A stretch of 64,000 bases of DNA from Amphiscolops sp. MND2022 (Eukaryota), in the NCBI GenBank assembly GCA_964187785.1, contig OZ076413.1, positions 50,098,001-50,162,000 of the forward strand, read 5' to 3'. The notes below the pieces were generated by a model. The model worked only from the letters and a program-made list of their open reading frames with translations, was not told the DNA's origin and ran no database searches. The translations under genes were made by a program, and so were the position numbers. Positions 34,373-42,966 of the stretch are shown here, one piece after another (positions within the stretch are counted from its first letter, which is position 1; each line of letters begins with the position of its first letter).

Positions 34373-37300
34373 TTAATCTTTATAGCCTTTTCTCTCAATG
34401 TCTCGGAGGGAACTGCCAGGGGTGCTTCGTTCGTATTTGGGGTTTTTGGGTTTTTCGGAAAACCGTGTAGTTACTTTCTTTTTGAAGTTAGATAGTTTTC
34501 CTGTTTTTGGGGAAACTTGATCAGGGGGAGACACTGTGTGGATTGGAGGAACGGATGGGAGAACCGGTGTTCTCTTGGGTAGGGGAGTGTTAGAAGAGAA
34601 TGCGAGTGGTAAGACTGCCACAGGGAGACGTGGTGTTTGCATAGGTGGAAGTGGATTTGTTCCACAGCTTTGAGGGATACGTTCCCTTAGAATGGAATTG
34701 TTAGACGTAGATGGGATCGGGGTGTGAAATTGTGGGGTTTTCGGAGAAAGGATTCCAGAATCGGTACTGGGGGAAAATTCAGAACCCTTAGAAGTATTGT
34801 TATTCGATCCTGAAAGTGGAGTGATAATGAGTGGCATAAAATCTAGTTTATGCTCAGGTTGTCCCGAGTTGTGTTTGTCAATTTGAGTTTGGACCAAACG
34901 CTTGTAAAAATTATCGTCCTGTTCTACAGGAGCGTAATTTGTCAGCAATGGGGGTAAAGTTTCCTCTTTGGGAAAATACTCTAGTAAGTGGTTTCGGTGA
35001 GTTACTTTAACATTTTCGGGGTTCTCATCTTCTTTAATCTCGTATGTGGTATTGGTTATTTGTTTTGTTACCGTGAAAGGTCCCACTCGTAATTGTTTCA
35101 ATTTCTGTGATTTGGATAGGTCGGGTTTGTGATTCTCCAATAGGACTTTTTGACCAACCGCGAGCGGTCGTCCTAGTTTGAAACGGTTCCGATACTCATG
35201 AGCTTTCGATGTGATTTCTCTACATCTTTTGTAGGTAGATGAGTATATTGATTTGAAGTCGTTTTCTCTTGTAAGTAGTTCGGAAGATAACTGTGGTCTA
35301 AGGAGTCGATCGAGGGACTTGTTTCTGAGGTTATTCTCACTATGGGTGTGAGGTTGTAAATCTGCACAAAATTCTGATTTACATTGTTTGTTTTTGTCGC
35401 GAATTAGCCCAAGTTTCAAAGTCATCGGTATCTGGGGTTTGACGCCGAAGACAATCTCGTAGGGGGTCATACCCGTTGTGTAATTTACGCTTGTGTTATG
35501 GGCAAAAGCGAATTTAGATGCAAGTGTTGACCAGTTGTTTCCTGACTCGTTGGTGAAATTCCTCCAGTATCTCATGAGGTGTTTGTTTTGGACTTCAACT
35601 TTGCCATTTGTCCAGGGCGAATAAGCAGTGCGCGGTGCCAGCGTTATTCCGAACTCTTTGGTCCAATTTACAAAATCGCGGTTGATAAACGCTGAGCCAT
35701 TATCGTGGACAATTTTTTGGGGAATGCCGTAGGATGTGATCCATTTTTCTAGGGCGTTGATTGTGGTCTGAGCTCCTGTATCTCGGACCGGATAGACTCC
35801 GAGAAATCTTGAGAATGCATCTACTACAACTAGACAATGTGTATTCAGATTACTGCTTGGTCTAATGGGACCTTTATGGTCGATATGAATTGTTTTGAAG
35901 GGAGTTGTCTCGAGTTCGCCCCATTGTTCAAGAGGAGCTTCTTGTAGATCGTGTCGTTTAGACTTGTTAGTCTGGCATTGTAGACAATCTTCTATCAGGG
36001 ATACTATCCACTTATATCGTCCAGGCCAAAAGAAGTTTTGTCTGATGTTTTCGAATGTTTTAAATATGCCTGGGTGGCCACTGTGAGTATGAGCGTGGGC
36101 CAGATTAAAGAGGGGTAGGAATAATGATAAGGGGACACAGATTTTCATTTCGCATTTGTCCGTTCCATGAATAGGTTCGTTATAGCAGAGTAGGTTGCTT
36201 TCTTTATCGAGGAAAAGTTGGTTGAAATTGTTGAAGTACGATAGCAAAGCCTTCGATTGGTGAATATCTGGTGTTTTGGTGTTCGGCTTATTCTTGTTTC
36301 TAACCCAAGCTCGTACAATTTGTAATACAGGATCGTTGATTTGTTCTGCAACTAAGGTGGTGATGTCCAAATCAGCGGTTTTAGAGTAATCGCTGAGTTT
36401 TTGTAAGAGGTCTTTGGTATCAACGTGTGGGAATTGCTCGACATCTAAATTCTTGTTCAATAGAGGCCTTTCACTTTTCTGTGAAATGTTCTTTTCTTTC
36501 GCAGTTGATTTATCGCGATAGAACTCGTGGTCTTCGCTGGAAAGGTGAAGTTCGGCGACCTCCTCTTCATCGTCACTGGAATCGGTTTCGATGTCGTCTA
36601 TTCTACTATACTCGGGTTCATACTGTATTTTGTATGAGGGTAGACAGAGGTTTTTGTATTGATTGATGGATTTTCCCAGTTTGAAACAGTCAGCTATGTC
36701 TTGGCGAGTCGCCATTACTGTTTGTTGGTTCTCATAGTGCTCTACTTCATGTTCTTCTCCGTCATTCTTGAGATGGAGTAGCCTTTGATCTTTGCCTTTT
36801 TGGCAGAGGATAGGGAAAAAGTCATTGCTGCCACAATGACCATCGTCATTATGCTCGATTGCATAGTGTACTTTCGATCCAAATTCATCATAGAAACTGA
36901 TATCTCGCGGTATTTCTTTGTGTAGTTTTTGTAAGTTTTGGGTTTCTTCCAGCGTGACATTTCTACTAAGTATGTCTGGGAATGCGAGGTTGGATCCTTT
37001 AGTCCAGATGATTTTGAGGTTTTGGAACTTGGTGATGATTACCTGATATTTGAAAAATCGATGTGAAAGCTGTCCTTTTCTTCCCCAGAGGTATAAAATA
37101 GGTTTGTGATCGCAATAGAGGTATATTGGAAATGGAGATCCAATAATGTAGTGTTCGTATGTTTGGAGTGCTGATACTATGCCACACAATTCGCGATGAA
37201 GGGTGGACATCTTTTGTTCAGCTTTGTCAAATACGCGGGAATTGAAAGAAACTATCCTTTTTCCTTTTGGAAATTGTTGAACTAGTATACAACCAGTACC

Positions 37301-39961
37301 AACGTTTGAAGAATCGACGTGTATGTGGAAGGGGTACTCAGTTGAAGGGACAGCAAGAATAGTGTCCTCACATATACGACTTTTTATATCAGTGAAGAGG
37401 TCTTCGTGCTCTTTCGTCCATTTGAAAGGCGTTGTAGCTTTTATCAAATCGTAGAAGGGCTGGCTATCCACGTGTAAGTTTTTGATATAGCAACTGTAAA
37501 ATCCAAGACAGCCAAGTACTTTCATCACATCTCTTTTACTTTCGGGTGATTTTAAGTTTTTTAGATCCTGTACTCTTTTTGCTAAGGGTTGTATTCCTTG
37601 TTCAGAAATAACATGTCCTAGGAATTTGACTTTCCTGATGAAGAAATTCGTCTTCTCAGGTGCAGCTTTAAGTCCGGCTTTCCTCAGGAGCTGATGGTAC
37701 TCATGAATTATCGTGAACATTTCTTGTTTGGTCTGAGCCTGCATAAGACTGTCATCAAGATAGGTGATAGCTTGTTTTCGCTTGATGAGGGGCTCAAAAT
37801 GTATAGCCATGAGACGGCTAAAAAAGTTTGGAAGTCCACAGAGTCCGTAGAAACCGCGTACATACGTGTACTGTTTTCCGCCGATGATGAAACTAGTGAG
37901 CTTTTGGGTCTCGTCGCTCAATGGTACTTGGTGATATGCGCAAGATAAATCGCTGACTGTGAAGTACTTTCCATTGATTCGAGTCATAATCATCTGAATA
38001 GGTTCCAACGGCCACGAGTAATTTGTCAGATCTGTTATGGAATTTAAGTAGCGGGCGTCGATTACTAACTTTACGTAGTCTGCTTTGGGCATCAGAATGA
38101 TCGGATTGACAAAAAGGGAACCTAGTTCGTCATCGTCTCCCATTTCTCTAATGATATTGGCTTCTTGGAGTTGTCCAAGTAACTTCTCAAGTTTGTCCTT
38201 CAAGTGAAGGGGTACTTTGCTTGGTCGTTGTTTCTTGAGTTCTGAATTGGCTTTGAGTGTTACGTGAAATTTTTGACGTACTTTTCCCACGTCAAATTTG
38301 TGTTGTGAGTACACGTCCGCTGAGTCAATAAGCATGTCTATCAAGACAACCAATTCTTCATCTTCGAGGTCAGTATATCGGAAATCGAATTTCTTTACAT
38401 ATTCCTTGATTTCTTCAGGCTGATATTGGAGATAGTAATCAATTAGTGCGTCATTGTCTTCTTTTGCTCTAAGCTCGACAAATTGTTCTGTACAGGGTGG
38501 CTGACACGATTTAGCATCCGTAGCAAAATCTGTTTCAAGTTCTTCAGTACCATTAGCAAATTGTTCTGTATAATAGTCAATATCTCCTTCTTCTACTTCT
38601 TCTTTTCGTATGGAAGCGTTAACAAATTGAAGGTTCGGTTCGTTTTGTGATACGATCTCGACTTTAATATGTCCATAATCGAAGCTGTTACGGATTATGT
38701 CCAAAGCTCCTTTCCAGTGGATGTTATCTAAGCCATCTTCAATTTTGGGTATTGAAATTGCAGGTATATTGTTTAGTTGTGCGTGTCCAACCAAATTTTC
38801 GATGCAACTGCGAAAATCTTCGTGTTTAATTTTCTCGTAACATCTTTTTTTTGCAACTAGTCCATAGATGAAGCGATTGGCTTCGTTATCCCAAAAGGGT
38901 AAAACTGATCCGACGAAAGGTTTCGATTGGTTCACGAAATTCTGAAAATCTTTCTTCTGTTCGCACAACCTTTTTGCGAACGTGGTTGTCATTTTTCCAT
39001 CTGCTGAGACACAAAAAGCTAGATTTGCATTTGAGGCTCGAAGGGTCTCGCCGGAGCCGTGGCTTAGAAAAACTTGTTGGTCTCCTTCGTGTTCGAAGGG
39101 AACTGTTGAGTGTAGCAAGAAACAGTCGTTGTAGTCTGGGTTTTCTTTTAAAATTGTGTTGACCATCGTGACGCAATCCTTTATCTGGAACTTTGGTCGT
39201 TCTTTTTCCTGTAGGTCTATGATAGCATGACCAATTATTCCTCTATTAAGGGTTATTTGGTGATTTCGATTATTTTCAATCAAAATTGGTAGGTGGGGTT
39301 CGGACTTCGTACATAAAACATTCACAAAGGTAAGTCCTGTTTTGACTGCATTTTTGTGGGGTGTGAATGATGTTCCGGGTGCAAAATGTCTGTTATTTTC
39401 GCGGGAGTACTTGTGTAGGCGGGTAGTTTTGGCATCGATGCAAATTGGGTTATCTGTTCGTATTGTTTCGACCTTTGAAACGTATGGGAAAGGTTTGGTA
39501 GCACAAAGGTTACCGTAGCAAATCGTGTTAGGACTGTCTTTCAATTCGATTGCAGGCAAATCAAAATGTAATTTAGAAACAAGTTGACGGCAGAAATCTA
39601 TTCCCAGTAAATTGGGTGTCTTCGCTTCTGTTATCCAAAACTTTAGCTCTACAGGATGGAGTCCATCCGAGTCGAAACTGAATGTGATTGTTGTTGATCC
39701 AAGCATCGGTATAACTTCACCAGTATAGGTTTTAGTCAGCTGTTTGCTCCTGACTACCGTGATGGGTTGTCCAAACTGTGCAATTTCCTCAAAAGCTCTG
39801 TAATTGATGATTGAACAGGCTGCTCCTGTATCTAGCATGAATTCTATTTCTAACCCACTATCTTTTTTGGAGTCTCCGGTGGGAAAAAAGAAGAGATTTA
39901 GGTGAAAACGTGATTTGAGGTTACTTTCTTCGTCAGGTCGCGGAGACTTTAGCAGTTTAAA
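34373..39961 (-). CDS. pol: Pol polyprotein (protease, macrodomain, RT, RNase H, integrase), entered by -1 frameshift
   Basis: LDTGA protease; YLDD RT; RNase H VDSS..REL..YCDH..PDILSR; integrase HxxxxxxH..CxxC, IDHKG, HDNGSAF, NGKVE and GPF. The frame is open from the slippery site through the Met at 39838. Confidence 0.97.
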   Translation of the reverse strand, partial: FKLLKSPRPDEESNLKSRFHLNLFFFPTGDSKKDSGLEIEFMLDTGAACSIINYRAFEEIAQFGQPITVVRSKQLTKTYTGEVIPMLGSTTITFSFDSDGLHPVELKFWITEAKTPNLLGIDFCRQLVSKLHFDLPAIELKDSPNTICYGNLCATKPFPYVSKVETIRTDNPICIDAKTTRLHKYSRENNRHFAPGTSFTPHKNAVKTGLTFVNVLCTKSEPHLPILIENNRNHQITLNRGIIGHAIIDLQEKERPKFQIKDCVTMVNTILKENPDYNDCFLLHSTVPFEHEGDQQVFLSHGSGETLRASNANLAFCVSADGKMTTTFAKRLCEQKKDFQNFVNQSKPFVGSVLPFWDNEANRFIYGLVAKKRCYEKIKHEDFRSCIENLVGHAQLNNIPAISIPKIEDGLDNIHWKGALDIIRNSFDYGHIKVEIVSQNEPNLQFVNASIRKEEVEEGDIDYYTEQFANGTEELETDFATDAKSCQPPCTEQFVELRAKEDNDALIDYYLQYQPEEIKEYVKKFDFRYTDLEDEELVVLIDMLIDSADVYSQHKFDVGKVRQKFHVTLKANSELKKQRPSKVPLHLKDKLEKLLGQLQEANIIREMGDDDELGSLFVNPIILMPKADYVKLVIDARYLNSITDLTNYSWPLEPIQMIMTRINGKYFTVSDLSCAYHQVPLSDETQKLTSFIIGGKQYTYVRGFYGLCGLPNFFSRLMAIHFEPLIKRKQAITYLDDSLMQAQTKQEMFTIIHEYHQLLRKAGLKAAPEKTNFFIRKVKFLGHVISEQGIQPLAKRVQDLKNLKSPESKRDVMKVLGCLGFYSCYIKNLHVDSQPFYDLIKATTPFKWTKEHEDLFTDIKSRICEDTILAVPSTEYPFHIHVDSSNVGTGCILVQQFPKGKRIVSFNSRVFDKAEQKMSTLHRELCGIVSALQTYEHYIIGSPFPIYLYCDHKPILYLWGRKGQLSHRFFKYQVIITKFQNLKIIWTKGSNLAFPDILSRNVTLEETQNLQKLHKEIPRDISFYDEFGSKVHYAIEHNDDGHCGSNDFFPILCQKGKDQRLLHLKNDGEEHEVEHYENQQTVMATRQDIADCFKLGKSINQYKNLCLPSYKIQYEPEYSRIDDIETDSSDDEEEVAELHLSSEDHEFYRDKSTAKEKNISQKSERPLLNKNLDVEQFPHVDTKDLLQKLSDYSKTADLDITTLVAEQINDPVLQIVRAWVRNKNKPNTKTPDIHQSKALLSYFNNFNQLFLDKESNLLCYNEPIHGTDKCEMKICVPLSLFLPLFNLAHAHTHSGHPGIFKTFENIRQNFFWPGRYKWIVSLIEDCLQCQTNKSKRHDLQEAPLEQWGELETTPFKTIHIDHKGPIRPSSNLNTHCLVVVDAFSRFLGVYPVRDTGAQTTINALEKWITSYGIPQKIVHDNGSAFINRDFVNWTKEFGITLAPRTAYSPWTNGKVEVQNKHLMRYWRNFTNESGNNWSTLASKFAFAHNTSVNYTTGMTPYEIVFGVKPQIPMTLKLGLIRDKNKQCKSEFCADLQPHTHSENNLRNKSLDRLLRPQLSSELLTRENDFKSIYSSTYKRCREITSKAHEYRNRFKLGRPLAVGQKVLLENHKPDLSKSQKLKQLRVGPFTVTKQITNTTYEIKEDENPENVKVTHRNHLLEYFPKEETLPPLLTNYAPVEQDDNFYKRLVQTQIDKHNSGQPEHKLDFMPLIITPLSGSNNNTSKGSEFSPSTDSGILSPKTPQFHTPIPSTSNNSILRERIPQSCGTNPLPPMQTPRLPVAVLPLAFSSNTPLPKRTPVLPSVPPIHTVSPPDQVSPKTGKLSNFKKKVTTRFSEKPKNPKYERSTPGSSLRDIERKGYKD
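38648..39073 (-). other. TARG1/OARD1-like macrodomain within Pol (aa ~256-397 of the 1821-aa ORF)
   Basis: LAFCVSADGKM, RFIYGLVAKKR and ISIPKIEDGLDNIHW resemble OARD1 LAHCISEDCRM, RYIYYLITKKR and LSMPRIGCGLDRLQW. Confidence 0.8.
39871..39961 (-). promoter_or_regulatory. -1 ribosomal frameshift signal (U UUA AAC plus downstream stem)
   Basis: Heptamer at 39955-39961 in the correct gag phase. After a 6-nt spacer, AGUCUCCG (39941-39948) can pair with CGGAGACU (39871-39878). Confidence 0.85.
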
Positions 39962-41343
39962 GGATTGAACGAGATTGTACTAACTCTGTCCTGTCCTTCT
40001 TCGTCAATGAACTGTACGGAGTTTGGGAAACTGTTATTGTTGGTTGGGAAATTTCGGTTGTACTCAGAATTTGCGTTTTGTGGTCGTGCACTGAAGTTAT
40101 ACGGGCTATTTGGCCTATTTCCAGTATAGGGTGTATTATTTCGCAAATTGGTACTAGTAGAAGTTGGTCTACTACTTGAAGAGTGATTGTTATTGCCATT
40201 GAAGTTGTTGAAGTTGTTTGACTGCTGAGAATTATTTCGGTTCCAGTTTTCATTTCGATTGTTTCCTTCATTAGGTCTGCCTCTGTTAAAGTTTTGGTTC
40301 GACTGTTGGTTGCTTCTTTGATTATTGGTGAAGTTCGGTCTTGGTGAAGACTGGTAATTTTGTTGTGATCCAAATCCGGGTCCCTTCCGTTTGTTGTAGT
40401 CGTTAGTGAAGGTGACTTTCTTCTCTTCAGTAGCTCGTAATTGTGCTCTCTTGGCTTCATCATCGTAGGTTTTCTTTCGGCAATATTGGAGTGTATGGCC
40501 ATTCCTTTGGCAATATTTACAAAATCGTGTGATGTTTTGGCGGGACGTGTTATTTACGTCTACTGCAGAGACGTGATAATCATGCCAGTGAGAGGATGGG
40601 CATCCGTAGGGTAGAGAGTTAGTTACAGCTAAAGAATTGACTTGTTGTTCTTTGAGCATATTCTTCATTGCGTTGATGTCTTCTCGTAGTTCGTTTATCA
40701 ACGTTTTTTGGTTTTGTGAGGAGTTCGGAGCTAGCTGAGAGCTGATAGTAAAAACAAGGTCTTTATTAGTTACATGTTCCTGAAATTGTTCCCAAGTAGC
40801 GTTGGGGTGTTCAATTAGGTATTGGTGAGCCTTGTTCTTTAGTTCGTTAGGCGTTAGTCCTCTGACTGCAAATTCAATGTACTTTTGCCTTCTTTGAGCG
40901 TTCAGTGCGGCTCTAGCTGCGTTATCAGCATTTTCTTCGTCTGGCCATCCTCTATCGACAGCTCGTTTCACTCGGTGAAAGTAGTTCTTTATTATTTCTT
41001 CATTCCCTCTGACACTGTTTTCTGCAGTTATTCTGTATCTGTATTTATCTCTATTGTCGGAAAAGCGGGTTAGGAAATGGGTTCTAATATGTTGCCAATC
41101 GTGTCCATCTCCTATGTTGTCTGTATACCACTCGGCGGCAGGTCCTCTTAGTAGGGATGAGAAAAGTGCTTTTTTGCGAAATAAGTATCTTGCTCGATCG
41201 TCATCATTGTCGGGTTCATGACCCATCGAGAAATTGATTTTGTTCTCAACAGTTGTGAGAAATGATCTGACATCTTGTTCGGGATCGTTTCCTGAGAATT
41301 TGTCCAAAGCGAGGTCGGGAAATGAAACTGTGTTATCTGCCAT
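39949..41343 (-). CDS. gag: Gag (464 aa)
   Basis: Capsid-like KFSG..F and LRGPAAEWY; CCHC knuckle CKYCQRNGHTLQYC; N/Q/R-rich tail; starts just after the PBS. Confidence 0.95.
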   Translation of the reverse strand: MADNTVSFPDLALDKFSGNDPEQDVRSFLTTVENKINFSMGHEPDNDDDRARYLFRKKALFSSLLRGPAAEWYTDNIGDGHDWQHIRTHFLTRFSDNRDKYRYRITAENSVRGNEEIIKNYFHRVKRAVDRGWPDEENADNAARAALNAQRRQKYIEFAVRGLTPNELKNKAHQYLIEHPNATWEQFQEHVTNKDLVFTISSQLAPNSSQNQKTLINELREDINAMKNMLKEQQVNSLAVTNSLPYGCPSSHWHDYHVSAVDVNNTSRQNITRFCKYCQRNGHTLQYCRKKTYDDEAKRAQLRATEEKKVTFTNDYNKRKGPGFGSQQNYQSSPRPNFTNNQRSNQQSNQNFNRGRPNEGNNRNENWNRNNSQQSNNFNNFNGNNNHSSSSRPTSTSTNLRNNTPYTGNRPNSPYNFSARPQNANSEYNRNFPTNNNSFPNSVQFIDEEGQDRVSTISFNPLNC

Positions 41344-41364
41344 TCCTCTCTTTTGCTTGAATGT

Positions 41365-41382
41365 GCCTCACTGGTCGCACCA
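41365..41382 (-). promoter_or_regulatory. Primer binding site
   Basis: TGGTGCGACCAGTGAGGC, 3 nt inside the 5' LTR end. Its complement reads like a tRNA 3' end (CTCAC T-stem, 7-nt acceptor strand, A, CCA). The tRNA identity is not determined. Confidence 0.85.
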
Positions 41383-41473
41383 GTTTGTAAAGGTTCGATT
41401 GGGTTTAGGAGAAATTAGCCTTTTGAGATTCTTGATCAATAGTGTTTAGGAATTAGTTTGCGACTATGCCTTC

Positions 41474-41695
41474 CTAAACCTTTACAAAAGTTGTCTCTAG
41501 GTCTTCCGAGTTCGCAGGAAGGACTTTGTTTCGAGAGAAGAGTTTGAATATATGAAAAGAATTTGAATTAGTTCGAGTATTATATTCAACAATGGTTGTT
41601 TTTACACAATACGCAAGAATACAATACAAACAGAATAATGTAATCATCCAAGTTGACACAAATATCCAATCAATAATATCTGAGTTGTTTAGCAT
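41474..41695 (-). CDS. 73-aa single-transmembrane small protein in the 5' LTR, upstream of gag
   Basis: ATG start, ~25-aa hydrophobic Cys-containing segment, polar tail. Confidence 0.45.
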   Translation of the reverse strand: MLNNSDIIDWIFVSTWMITLFCLYCILAYCVKTTIVEYNTRTNSNSFHIFKLFSRNKVLPANSEDLETTFVKV

Positions 41696-42840
41696 TCACC
41701 ACAAATAAATACATCAATTATTTAGGGAGCAATGTTCAGGTAAGTTGTTTAAATACTATAAAAACTGGAATTTTCTGATCTTATTGTCCAACAATTTGGT
41801 TAGGACAAGTGTGCTGACTTTTGGCCAGAATTACAGTCTATTCAGACCGGTTTGGGGTTCCTAGAGTTCTCAACAATGTAGTGAGAGTTATTAAGTCTAT
41901 TGACAATTTACGTGACAGGTTTGTCACACGTTCTAGCTTATAGGAAGCGAAGAACTAGCTTATAGGAAGCTGAGAGTTAAATAAAATAGTTTTAGCCTAT
42001 ATGACCAGCCAATTACTAGGTCGAAGACAGGATTGTCTTGAGCATAGACTTATAAGAAGTCTTGCGAATCTAAGTAACTTAAGGGTCTTATCTAACCAGC
42101 ATTCGCTAGGTTTTTGTTCGGACAAGATTGCCGATTGGGCTCGATCCAGAGGTTCGGTGCCGTGTTCTAAGAGTTTTAACCTATTGCAATGGACCAGCAA
42201 GTTTGCTAGGTCGAGAGGGAGACAAGTTTGTCTAAAGACTTTGAAGAAGTCTTGTGAGTCTAAGTGAATTAAAGGCCTTATTTCAACCAGCAGTTTGCTA
42301 GGTTGCTTTTTTAGACAAGATTGTCAGAATTCTGTTCAATACTTTATAAGGTTACATGCATTTTACTTTTTATTCAGTTTGTTTTACTTGCAAGTTAGTT
42401 GCAGTTATTGAAATGATCTAGACTAGCAGTTGCTAAGTCTTGACGCAATCGCGTACTAAGAGGAAAGTGATCTCCGTCGAGAATTGTTTGGGAGCGTTTA
42501 GCTCTAGTTAGTTTTCCCTATGATTTTCATAGGAGAACCTTGTCGGTTGTTTGTCTCTTCAGTCACTAGGACTGGGGGTTGTCTATAAAAGACAGGTAGG
42601 AAAAAGGAGCAAAGAAAAAAGAGAGAAATTTTGAGTTGTGAATTTTGAAGTTATTTTCTAAGTTAAAGAAAATAACTAACCTGAAGCTTGAAGCAAAGAT
42701 TGGGTCGGAGAGATTTGTTCTCGCAAGAGAGAGATTTTTTGAGAGAGATGATTTATAGCAGAGACGAAGAGGAGAGTCAGAGTGAGAGTGTGCGAGAGAT
42801 TTATGCGAGAAAATTATGAATCAATTTGCTAGAGTCCGGC

Positions 42841-42966
42841 TTTTTATACGAGCCGACCGAACGGTACAACCAATCAAATCGATTGGCGGTTTTTATTGGA
42901 TACGAAATTATTTCGTCATTATCTCGTCAATATTTTGTCCATAATTGGAATCGCATTCACTATTGG
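42841..42966 (-). promoter_or_regulatory. LTR promoter: TATA box and four CCAAT boxes
   Basis: Minus-strand TATAAAAA at 42841-42848; CCAAT at 42882, 42895, 42944 and 42962. Confidence 0.65.
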
